DNA of 64,000 nt from positions 3,167 through 67,166 of the forward strand of contig JAJYKK010000011.1 in NCBI GenBank assembly GCA_021788645.1. Direction: 5' to 3'. The notes below the pieces were generated by a model. The model was not told the origin of the DNA. It did no database searches and saw only the letters and a program-made list of their open reading frames with translations. The DNA is from Pseudomonadota bacterium. GTDB taxonomy: Bacteria; Pseudomonadota; Gammaproteobacteria; Burkholderiales; JAKAFK01. The translations under genes and the position numbers were made by a program. Numbering within the stretch: the stretch's first letter is position 1; each line of letters begins with the position of its first letter. This document shows positions 1 to 8,285 of this stretch, in pieces.

Positions 1-983
1 ACCACCTGGAAGGCCACCCCGAAGCTCGCCAAGGTCTCGATCTCCTCCCCGCCGCGGCCGAAGATGAAGGGATCGCCCCCCTTGAGGCGCAAGACGCGCT
101 TGCCCTCCTTGGCCAGACGCACCAGGAGATGGTTGATGTCCTCCTGCGGCATGGTATGGTTCGCCGATTCCTTGCCAACATAGATGCGCGCCGCATCGCG
201 GCGAGCCATTTCCAGGACGGGCGCGGCCACCAGATGATCGTACACGACCACGTCCGCCTGCTGCATGAGCCGCAGCGCCCGGAACGTGAGCAGATCCGGG
301 TTGCCGGGTCCGGCCCCCACCAGATACACCTCGCCCGGGGGCGCCGCGTCGTCTGAGGCCTCCAGCATCGCGTCGAGCAGCGCCGACGCCTCCCGCTCCT
401 TGCCCGCAAACACGAACTCGGAAACCGGCCCTTGCAGGGCCTTCTCCCAGAAGATCCGCCGGCTGGCCGGTGCGGAGAACTTCGCTTTTACCTTGTCCCG
501 GAAGGCGGCGGCCAATCCGGCCAGGCGCCCATAGGCACCCGGGATCAATGTCTCCAGCCGCGCCCGCAGGAGCCGGGCGAGCACGGGAGACGCCCCCCCC
601 GTGGAAACCGCCACAAGCACCGGCGAGCGATCGATGATGGAGGGCATGATGAACGTGCAAAGCTTCGGCTCGTCGACGACATTCACCGGAAGATTCGCCG
701 CGCGCGCGGCTTCCGACACCTGGGCGTTGACCCCCTCCTCGTGGCTTGCCGCGAAGACGAGCGACATACCGTCCATGGCCTGTCTCGAAAACGGCTGGGT
801 TTCGTGGGCCAGCCGGTCCTCCTCGAGAAGGTGGTCGAACGATGCGCACAGCGATGGCGCCACCACGCTCACCCAGGCGCCGGCCTTGAGCAGCAGCGCC
901 GCTTTCGCCGCCGCCGCCTCGCCGCCACCGACCACGAGACAGTTCTTGCCCCGCACATCCATGAATATCGGCAAAAATTCCAT
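1..983 (-). CDS. cysG: Siroheme synthase CysG (precorrin-2 dehydrogenase/ferrochelatase plus uroporphyrinogen-III C-methyltransferase); first ~327 codons only, 3' end runs off the window
   Basis: Absent from the ORF track because its stop lies outside the window. Own translation from ATG at 983: MEFLPIFMDVRGKNCLVVGGGEAAAAKAALLLKAG (CysG N-terminal Rossmann motif), then VYLVGAGPGNPDLLTFRALRLMQQADVVVYD and LKGGDPFIFGRGGEE (SUMT motifs). Confidence 0.8.
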   Translation of the reverse strand, partial: MEFLPIFMDVRGKNCLVVGGGEAAAAKAALLLKAGAWVSVVAPSLCASFDHLLEEDRLAHETQPFSRQAMDGMSLVFAASHEEGVNAQVSEAARAANLPVNVVDEPKLCTFIMPSIIDRSPVLVAVSTGGASPVLARLLRARLETLIPGAYGRLAGLAAAFRDKVKAKFSAPASRRIFWEKALQGPVSEFVFAGKEREASALLDAMLEASDDAAPPGEVYLVGAGPGNPDLLTFRALRLMQQADVVVYDHLVAAPVLEMARRDAARIYVGKESANHTMPQEDINHLLVRLAKEGKRVLRLKGGDPFIFGRGGEEIETLASFGVAFQV

Positions 984-1013
984 GACTTCCCCCTTGTTCA
1001 ATATCCGCCTGCG

Positions 1014-2489
1014 TCAGCCCCCGAGCTTCGGCGCATAGATGCCGGGACGCATGAGCCCCTTCTCGCATTTGCCGAACGCCGAGGTGCACGGGTCGATCGC
1101 CGTTTCCAGCTCTTCGCACCAGGAAGGATGGCTGTAGCTAAGGTCTTTGAAAAACCACAAGCCGCGCGTCGACTGGCAGGCCGCCGTCAACATGTGGATC
1201 TGCTCGCCCGCTTCGGGGCCCACGATGCACCCGCCCAGGAGTTGCCCCGTCTGAGCGTCATGGACTACCTCCACAAACCCTTCGAAATCGTGGTGCGCAC
1301 GGGCCTTCCCGGATCCCCCATAGCTCGCGCGCGCCACGTCGGGGTCGAACCCCGCATCGTCCGCCTGGTCCTCGGTCAGTCCCACCGCCGCAATTTCGAA
1401 CGCGGAGTGGATCACGAAGGGCACTCTGAAGTAGTTCGTTTGCACCTTGTTGCCGTGCACCGCATTGGCCGCGGCAATCTTGGCGTCATGCAGCGCCGCG
1501 TTGGCCGTCATCGGGCCAGGCTTCATGTCGCCCACGGCATAGATGCCCGGGATGCTGGTCTCGAGGTACTCGTTGGTGCGCACGAACCCACCCTCTATGA
1601 GCTCGATGCCGATTTCCTCCAGCCCAAGCCCGCCCGTGCGGGGCACCCGCCCAGTAGCCACCAGCACCTGGGCAAACCGTCCCTCGACGCCGTCGGAGAG
1701 GCGCACATCGACCCCGGCAGGCCCCGGCCGCGCCCACTCGACCGTCGTGTTCTTGCGAACGTCGACGCCCAGGCGCTTGAACTTGCGCTCCAGGCTATCG
1801 GCCGCCCGCTCAGGAATGCGCGGGGTATTGAGGAGCCGGTCGGAAGCCTCGGCGATGCACACCCGGCTGCCAAACTGATGCAGCAGGAAACCCAGTTCGA
1901 CGCCGATCGCACCGCCGCCGACGCACAGCACTGACTCCGGCAGATCCTTCGACCTGAACATGAAATCGCGCGAGGTGAGGATGCGGCTGCCATCCGGCCG
2001 GCAAGCCTCGAGGACCGCCGGCTCCGACCCAACCGCCAGAATGATGCGCGGCGCCTGAAGCCGCTGAATGCCTGGCGCCCCCGTCTGCGCGCCTGGCCCC
2101 GCCTCGGGGGCACGCACCCCCGGGTCCACCTCGATCGTCCGCGCGCCGCTGAAACGCGCGGTGCCGTAGAAGACCTGGATGCCCAACCGTTTCAGCCAGA
2201 CGCCGAAATTGTCGCGAATGCCCTCGATGACCGCATTCTTGTGGGCAATGGCCGCGCCGAAATCGCCTTGCAGCCGCCCAACCAAGCCCCGCCCCTGCAG
2301 GGCGTTCACGTCGTGGATGAGCCCGGCCAGGTGCAGCAAGGTCTTCTTGGGAATGCAGCCCTGATTCAGGCAGGTCCCCCCGGCCAAGCCCTTCTCCACG
2401 AGGGCCACTTTCGCCCCCAGGTGCGCGGCGGTGATGGCCGACCGGTAGCCGCCGGGGCCGCTGCCCACCACAATGACATCAAACTGCAT
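1014..2489 (-). CDS. Class-I pyridine nucleotide-disulfide oxidoreductase, dihydrolipoyl dehydrogenase-like
   Basis: ORF 1014..2507. Start moved to ATG 2489 (MQFDVIVVGSGPGGY, FAD GxGxxG). Redox-active disulfide motif GGTCLNQGCIPKK. C-terminal interface motif SYSHPSWCEE. Confidence 0.8.
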   Translation of the reverse strand: MQFDVIVVGSGPGGYRSAITAAHLGAKVALVEKGLAGGTCLNQGCIPKKTLLHLAGLIHDVNALQGRGLVGRLQGDFGAAIAHKNAVIEGIRDNFGVWLKRLGIQVFYGTARFSGARTIEVDPGVRAPEAGPGAQTGAPGIQRLQAPRIILAVGSEPAVLEACRPDGSRILTSRDFMFRSKDLPESVLCVGGGAIGVELGFLLHQFGSRVCIAEASDRLLNTPRIPERAADSLERKFKRLGVDVRKNTTVEWARPGPAGVDVRLSDGVEGRFAQVLVATGRVPRTGGLGLEEIGIELIEGGFVRTNEYLETSIPGIYAVGDMKPGPMTANAALHDAKIAAANAVHGNKVQTNYFRVPFVIHSAFEIAAVGLTEDQADDAGFDPDVARASYGGSGKARAHHDFEGFVEVVHDAQTGQLLGGCIVGPEAGEQIHMLTAACQSTRGLWFFKDLSYSHPSWCEELETAIDPCTSAFGKCEKGLMRPGIYAPKLGG

Positions 2490-2507
2490 GGCCGGATCCT
2501 CGGGCAA

Positions 2508-2858
2508 TCAGCTGCCGCAACCGCCGCCGCACCCACTGCCGCAACCGGAAGAGCCGCAGCCGCCCGTGTCGGCCCCTTGCGGCGGGATGAACACGAACGA
2601 GCGATCGCCGGAGTCCATCTCGACGAGATCAAGCGTCGCGCCCGCAAGAAAGGGCTGACTCGGCTGCGCGATCAAGACGACAAACCCTTCCAATTCGACC
2701 ACGGCATCGCCCTCGCGCGCCTCGTCGAAGCCCATGCCAAATTGCAGCTCGCCATCGTCCATTTCCTTCGCGGCCACCCGCAACGCCACATCGGCAACGC
2801 CGGTACGGCTGGCTGCCTGGCGGATCTCTTCAGCCGCGCGACTCGTTACTGTGATCAT
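2508..2858 (-). CDS. dsrR: IscA/HesB-like protein DsrR with an unusual Cys/Gly-rich C-terminal tail
   Basis: MITVTSRAAEEIRQ...LRVAAKEMDDGELQFGMGFDE...FVVLIAQPSQPFLAGATLDLVE is the IscA fold pattern. It sits directly after dsrN. The tail reads GGCGSSGCGSGCGGGCGS. Confidence 0.7.
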   Translation of the reverse strand: MITVTSRAAEEIRQAASRTGVADVALRVAAKEMDDGELQFGMGFDEAREGDAVVELEGFVVLIAQPSQPFLAGATLDLVEMDSGDRSFVFIPPQGADTGGCGSSGCGSGCGGGCGS

Positions 2859-2903
2859 CCGATCGTCCTCTTCCTCAAGTGCCTGGGAATCATCCCACAG
2901 CGG

Positions 2904-4328
2904 TTAGCGCGTTGCCGACCCTGCGGCGGCCTGCGTCGTAAAGCTTGCCCCCACGCGCGTCCGTTCGACGAACGAGAGGAAGGATTGCGTCCAATGCACC
3001 CCGCCGACGCTGCGCAAATGGGCATAAGACGCGAAAACGTTGTGGACCAGCACGCCGTCATGCCGGCCGTCGACGCCGAAGCCTCGCTCGACGTCATAGG
3101 CGAAGCCCACCTCGCCAAGGTTCTCGAGGCCGGAGTAATGAAACTCGTGGCCACACACCACCCCCTGCGCGTCCGGATCGACGCTCGACCACGGGCCTTG
3201 CCCTGTCTCGCGCAGGCGCACGTAACCGCGCCCTTGCGGCTTGTCGTGCATGACCACATCCCCGGGAATCACGCCGACCATCTCTCCTCGGTTATCCCGC
3301 CAGGTGATGGACCGCGAAAGATACATGAGGCCGCCGCACTCGGCATAGACCGGCAATCCCCCCTCGATCGCACGCTTGAGGGCAGTGCGCAAGGCAACAT
3401 TGGCCTCAAGCTCGCCGATGAACACCTCGGGAAATCCTCCACCGCAAATCAGCCCGTCGATGGCGGGCAGTTCGGCGTCGCACAGCGCGTCGATGGGGAC
3501 CAGCTCGGCACCGCCATCTGTCAGCCGTTCAAGGTCATCCGCATAGTAGAAGCCAAACGCCCGATCCCGCAGGATGCCGATACGCAGCCGAGCGACGGGC
3601 GGGCGCAGCGCGCCTGGCGCAGGCACGCGCGCCATCGGGGGCGCCTCGCGCGCAGCCTCCAGCAGGCGATCCAGATCCACCTGGCTCGCGACCATGTGTC
3701 CGACCTCCTCGACGGTCGCGGCGGCTGTCTCGGCCTCCCCGCTCGGCATGAGGCCCAGATGGCGCTCCTCGATCGCAAGCCGCGCATTCTCATGGACGGC
3801 ACCGAGCACGGGAACATCGGTATAGTGCTCGATCACCGCGCGCAGCTTCTGCTCGTGGCGCGCGCCCCCGACCCGGTTGAGGATCACACCGCCGATGCGG
3901 ATCTCCGGATCGAATGCCTGGTAGCCGAGCACCAGCGGCGCCACCCCGCGGATGGTGCCCCGCGCGTCAAGAACCAGCACGACCGGGGCGCCAAGCAGCC
4001 GCGCCAACGCCGCATTGCTGTTGGAGCCCTTGAGATCGAGCCCGTCGTACAGGCCTTTGTTTCCTTCGATGAGGCTCAGGTCGGCGCCTTCGGCATGCTT
4101 CCCAAAGAGCGCCGCGATCTCGGCGGGCGGCGTGAGATAGAAGTCGAGGTTGAAGCACGGGCGCCCGCTCGCCAGGGACAGCCACATCGGATCGATGTAG
4201 TCCGGCCCCTTCTTGAACGGCTGCACGGCGCAGCCGGCCTTGGACAGGGCGGCGCACAGCCCGATCGAGAGCGTGGTCTTGCCGGAAGACTTGTGAGCCG
4301 CCGAGATCAGGACGCGCGCAGGTGCCAT
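2904..4328 (-). CDS. dsrN: Cobyrinic acid a,c-diamide synthase family protein DsrN (siroheme amidase)
   Basis: CbiA/CobB pattern: N-terminal P-loop-like VLISAAHKSSGKTTLSIGL and a C-terminal glutamine amidotransferase domain (YAECGGLMYL, GHEFHYS). Located in the dsr operon. Confidence 0.85.
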   Translation of the reverse strand: MAPARVLISAAHKSSGKTTLSIGLCAALSKAGCAVQPFKKGPDYIDPMWLSLASGRPCFNLDFYLTPPAEIAALFGKHAEGADLSLIEGNKGLYDGLDLKGSNSNAALARLLGAPVVLVLDARGTIRGVAPLVLGYQAFDPEIRIGGVILNRVGGARHEQKLRAVIEHYTDVPVLGAVHENARLAIEERHLGLMPSGEAETAAATVEEVGHMVASQVDLDRLLEAAREAPPMARVPAPGALRPPVARLRIGILRDRAFGFYYADDLERLTDGGAELVPIDALCDAELPAIDGLICGGGFPEVFIGELEANVALRTALKRAIEGGLPVYAECGGLMYLSRSITWRDNRGEMVGVIPGDVVMHDKPQGRGYVRLRETGQGPWSSVDPDAQGVVCGHEFHYSGLENLGEVGFAYDVERGFGVDGRHDGVLVHNVFASYAHLRSVGGVHWTQSFLSFVERTRVGASFTTQAAAGSATR

Positions 4329-4352
4329 GGTGTCGCCTCAGCGGCCCGGCCG

Positions 4353-5348
4353 TTACGCGGCGTTGAGCCGCGCCGGGACGCGCGCTTTCCACATCTCGGC
4401 CGCCATCTGCTCGGCATTGGCGATCGAACCGGCTCGTCCCAGGGCGCGCAGCGCGATCGCCGCCGTGCCCACCACGGCCGCTTCGCCATACTCGTCCCCG
4501 ACCTCTCCGCGCCACACCGCCGCCAGGCGCTCGACCGCCATCGACTCGTCCTTCATGTGGCGGGCGGGGAACATGGCCGGCCATTCCTCCTCGCTCAGCA
4601 CGCCCTCGTCCACGCGCTTCACGAGGCAGGCACTATCGGGATTGCGCTCGATTTCGCCGCCTTCCCCCTTCAGCACGGCCACATGCGGCTGCCCGAGGAT
4701 GGCCGCCGCGTGCTGGTGGATGTCACGGTATCCGGGATGAAAGATGCCCTGGAGCAAGACCGGGGCACGAAAAGGATTCATCATGCGGGCGAGCGTATGC
4801 ACCGGGGAACGCAGCCCGAGCAGGGGGCGCAGGCGCATGATCTCGTCAAGCCGAGGGCACAGGTCGGAAAGATCCATGAAGGCGAAGCCACGCTCGTTGA
4901 GGCGTGCCGCCGCATCAGCCATCGTCTTGGAAGGCTCGAGCCCAAGCGTGCGCAGCGCGTCCGGGGTGTACACGCGCTCCCCGGGGCCATCCGCCCCGTG
5001 CATGAACACCTTCACCCCATTGGCGGCGAGCAGCAGCGCCGACAGCAGGAACCAGGGCAACTGCCGCCGTTTCCCGGCATACGACGACCAGTCGAGCATC
5101 ACCTCGGGACGCGGGTCGGGCAGAGGAAGCGACGCTTGCACCGCCTGCACGAAGCCGGCCAACTCTTCGGGCGTTTCCTCCTTCATGCGTTCCAAGGTGA
5201 GGAACGCCCCCAGCTGGAGGGGCTCGACATCCCCTCGGAGAATCATCTGCATGGCCGCGCGCGCCTCGTCCTGCGACAGCGAGCGCGACCCTTGCCTGCC
5301 CTTGCCGAGGATCCGGATGTATTGCGCGAACGGATGTTCTGCCGTCAT
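4353..5348 (-). CDS. YbiB/TrpD2-like protein (glycosyl transferase family 3 fold, anthranilate phosphoribosyltransferase paralogue)
   Basis: FAQYIRILGKGRQGSRSLSQDEARAAMQMILRGDVEPLQLGAFLTLERMKEETPEELAGF parallels the E. coli YbiB N-terminus as recalled (IKEIGRGKNHARDL...GEVPDLELGGVLIALRIKGE). Also GLRSPVHTLARMMNP and LKGEGGEIERNP. Confidence 0.65.
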   Translation of the reverse strand: MTAEHPFAQYIRILGKGRQGSRSLSQDEARAAMQMILRGDVEPLQLGAFLTLERMKEETPEELAGFVQAVQASLPLPDPRPEVMLDWSSYAGKRRQLPWFLLSALLLAANGVKVFMHGADGPGERVYTPDALRTLGLEPSKTMADAAARLNERGFAFMDLSDLCPRLDEIMRLRPLLGLRSPVHTLARMMNPFRAPVLLQGIFHPGYRDIHQHAAAILGQPHVAVLKGEGGEIERNPDSACLVKRVDEGVLSEEEWPAMFPARHMKDESMAVERLAAVWRGEVGDEYGEAAVVGTAAIALRALGRAGSIANAEQMAAEMWKARVPARLNAA

Positions 5349-5453
5349 GTTTGGCTCCTGTTGACCGCCGCGGGCCTTCCAGCCCGTGTGCGAGTGTGCG
5401 GGAAAGGAGCCCCTCGAACCGTCTAGACAGCCGTTCGAGACCGCGGGCCCTTC

Positions 5454-6671
5454 CTAATGTCCCTCACCATGATGGGCGCGGACCACGTGATCTTCAAGAC
5501 TCTCGGGCAAAAATCTCAGCACCTTGATGCCGACCGCGACGATGAACAACGCGATCGCGACTCCTCCAAGCCCCAGGAACACCTCATAGCTGCTCGGGTA
5601 GTACGGGTGGACGACGCCGTCATAGAAGGTGCTCGATTCCTTCATTCCGGGGAAGAGCACCAGGGGATAGGCCTGCCCCCCGATGATCGTGACATACATC
5701 TGAATGAGTCCGCCCACGATCACGAGGCCACACGCCGAGGCGATCATCGCCCGAGATTTTCCCCATTTCGGATGAAACAGAATCACCAGCGGCAGGACGC
5801 TTCCCGCGAGGATCTGCCCGAGCCAGAACAGCTCCGTCTGGATCCCGCCGTGCAGCAGCAGCCAGGCCTCGACGGCACGGCGCTCGGCGTAATAGATGTT
5901 GGTGACATGGTAGACCGCGACGAAGTAGAGCATGGCCGCGATGAAGATGGCCAAAAGCTTCTTGAGCCGCATCATGATCACGTCGCCGACCTCCCGCCCG
6001 GTCCAGTTATAGGCCGCCATCAGGACGAGGATGAAGATGGCGAGCCCGTAGGCGAAGGACATCACGATGAAGGTCGGTGCGAGCAGGGCCGAATCGTAGA
6101 GCTGGCGTGCCACCAGGAACCCGAAGATGGAGCCGGTACCGGTCGTGAGCAAGAGGCGCCAGATGAACGCGGCCACCCCCGCCGCCTTGGTATAGGTGTT
6201 CATGCGCCGTTCCATCATGGTCCAAAGATACACCGCCACTATCGTCATGAAGCCGGTGTAGAGGAACACGTTGAGCGCGAAAATGGAGGTGAAGTTGAAG
6301 TGCGTCATCGCCACCGTGACGATGCGGTCCGGCCTTCCCAGGTCGAGCATGAGGACGGTCAAGCCGCCGACCAGCAGCGCGATGGCGAGAAGCCCCGAGA
6401 GGGGCGCGAGCGGCTTGTACATCGATTTTCCGAACACCGAGCCGATCGATGCGACATTGAGCGCACCGGATGCGGCCACGATCATGAACACCGCGAACAC
6501 ATGCGGCAACCCCCAGACGATCTGCTGGTTCATGCCGGTGATGATGTGGCCGCGCGTCTCCATGTTGTAGGCGGCCGCCAACCCCGCCAATATCATCACG
6601 CCCAACGCGGCCAGGATGCCGTAATAGCCCTTGCCCCGACTCTGGATCTCCCGGAATACGACACTGCTCAT
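5454..6671 (-). CDS. dsrP: DsrP, NrfD/PsrC-type integral membrane quinone-interacting subunit
   Basis: 405 aa and highly hydrophobic with multiple TM segments. NrfD-like sequence, immediately downstream of dsrO. Confidence 0.85.
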   Translation of the reverse strand: MSSVVFREIQSRGKGYYGILAALGVMILAGLAAAYNMETRGHIITGMNQQIVWGLPHVFAVFMIVAASGALNVASIGSVFGKSMYKPLAPLSGLLAIALLVGGLTVLMLDLGRPDRIVTVAMTHFNFTSIFALNVFLYTGFMTIVAVYLWTMMERRMNTYTKAAGVAAFIWRLLLTTGTGSIFGFLVARQLYDSALLAPTFIVMSFAYGLAIFILVLMAAYNWTGREVGDVIMMRLKKLLAIFIAAMLYFVAVYHVTNIYYAERRAVEAWLLLHGGIQTELFWLGQILAGSVLPLVILFHPKWGKSRAMIASACGLVIVGGLIQMYVTIIGGQAYPLVLFPGMKESSTFYDGVVHPYYPSSYEVFLGLGGVAIALFIVAVGIKVLRFLPESLEDHVVRAHHGEGH

Positions 6672-6750
6672 ATGACCCTCTCCCGCCTGTCCTCTGGACG
6701 CGCGGCATTGCGCGCGCTCATTCTCGCTTCAAGCTTCCCGCCGGCGCCGC

Positions 6751-7500
6751 CTACAAGATGCCTTCGTAGCGCACGGCCGGCTCCGTGCCCAGATCCGCCC
6801 TGACCTGCAGGGTCGCAATCGTGGCGACCCGCTGCGAGATCTCGCTCTTCGGATCGTTGAGGTCGCCGAACAGGAGCGCGCCGCCCCCGGTGGATCCGCA
6901 TGCTTCCACGCACGCGGGAATCTGTCCTTCGTCGATCCGGTGCTTGCAGAAATCGCAGCTCTCGGCGCACCCTTGGCCGCGCGGCACGTCGGGATTCTGA
7001 TCCGTCACCGGATGATGGACGAACGAGCGCGCCTTATACGGACACGCCATCAGGCAATAACGGCAGCCGATGCACAGATGGCGATCGACCGACACGATGC
7101 CGTCCCACCGCTTGAACGACGCCCCGGTGGGGCACACGTCGACGCACGGCGGGTTGTCGCAGTGCTGGCACATCATGGGCAGGGAATAGTTCTTTCCGGT
7201 CTCCCGGTCGGTGAGTTCCATCTTGCGGATCCACTGAGAGGAGGTGGGCAGCGTCTCCCCGGACAGATGGTTCTCCTTGTCGCAGGCGCTCACGCACTGC
7301 GTGCACCCGCTTGAGCATTTGGCCGTGTCGACCAGCATGCCCCAGCGCACCTTGCCCCATTGGGGACCCGACTCGCCCGCTTCCTCGTCCGCCCGTCCCT
7401 TGCCGGCCGTCACCAGAAACACGCCCGGCGCCACCACGAGGCCCGCCACGGCGGCCCCGGCCCCCAGCAGGTGCCTGCGCTCCTTATTGACTTCGCTCAT
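6751..7500 (-). CDS. dsrO: DsrO, periplasmic 4Fe-4S ferredoxin subunit with Tat signal
   Basis: ORF 6751..7701 trimmed to ATG 7500 (MSEVNKERRHLLGAGAAVAG, twin-arginine). Cys clusters CTQCVSAC, CQHCDNPPCVDVCP, CIGCRYCLMACP, CDFCKHR..CVEAC. The start overlaps the dsrJ stop (ATGA). Confidence 0.85.
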   Translation of the reverse strand: MSEVNKERRHLLGAGAAVAGLVVAPGVFLVTAGKGRADEEAGESGPQWGKVRWGMLVDTAKCSSGCTQCVSACDKENHLSGETLPTSSQWIRKMELTDRETGKNYSLPMMCQHCDNPPCVDVCPTGASFKRWDGIVSVDRHLCIGCRYCLMACPYKARSFVHHPVTDQNPDVPRGQGCAESCDFCKHRIDEGQIPACVEACGSTGGGALLFGDLNDPKSEISQRVATIATLQVRADLGTEPAVRYEGIL

Positions 7501-8027
7501 TTGCTCGCTCCCAGTCCAAGCCGCCCCGTCGAGGCGGATTCGCGCATCATCAAGGAAAGCCCGTGCGCATTCGCCCCCTCTCCGTGAGGTCCCATCGGCC
7601 CGTACAAGGGATGAAACGCGGGAACCTTGCCCTTCGGCGTCGCGGAGTGGCATTCGAAGCAGGTAATCTTGACTGCCGCATAGCGGTGGCAACTCACGCA
7701 AAAATCCTGCTTAGCCCCGAACACGGCGCCATTTGGCGCATCGGCCGCATGGCATTTCACGCAATTCTCGAGACTGTCCTTGCGGTCGCGTATGCCCTCC
7801 CGCACCCACTCGGTCCGCTCCTGCAGCAGAAGCTTCATGTGATTGTGCCGCATCCACTCGGTGGGCCGCACGCAATGGCCCGGCGCCTTCAGGATGGTCG
7901 GGCCCAGGTTTCCACTGGAAAAGACAGCGCCCTGGTTCGCCCCACACACGCTCGCCGCCGCCATGAGGGCGACAAACCCCAACACTCTCGGCCCCAGACA
8001 CCGAGTGATTCGACCCAGAACACTCAT
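7497..8027 (-). CDS. dsrJ: DsrJ, periplasmic triheme cytochrome c
   Basis: ORF 7497..8153 trimmed to ATG 8027 (MSVLGRITR..., signal peptide). Three haem motifs: CVKCH, CVSCH, CFECH. Confidence 0.85.
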   Translation of the reverse strand: MSVLGRITRCLGPRVLGFVALMAAASVCGANQGAVFSSGNLGPTILKAPGHCVRPTEWMRHNHMKLLLQERTEWVREGIRDRKDSLENCVKCHAADAPNGAVFGAKQDFCVSCHRYAAVKITCFECHSATPKGKVPAFHPLYGPMGPHGEGANAHGLSLMMRESASTGRLGLGASK

Positions 8028-8285
8028 ACAATCTCCGCAAGGAAAACCTCGATTTTGCTCGAGGGGCAAGTGCGCTTGCTCTACACGCCGGTCTTTCTCC
8101 CTGAAGGACGTCCTCCGGGCGCCGGCATCGGCCCGCGAGGACCCATCACGCACTCACGCGACCGCCGTCGGCGCCGCGCACCGGTCCGGACGGCCCGTCG
8201 CGAGCGCCGCCGCGGCGCAGGAACCCGACGCCCTCGGCGGGCGGCCAACCAGGCCCTGCGCTGCGCCGCGAGGCCCGCCTCGACG

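Noticed and set aside
432-1934. 500-aa plus-strand ORF spanning the cysG/lpd-like junction
   Set aside because: Antisense to two well-supported minus-strand genes and crosses their intergenic gap.
2241-5426. 1061-aa plus-strand ORF, the longest in the track
   Set aside because: It lies antisense to dsrR, dsrN and the ybiB-like gene. It is Arg/Ala/Gly/Pro/His-rich with no motifs, which is a typical stop-poor antisense frame in high-GC DNA. The opposite strand carries clearly recognisable proteins.
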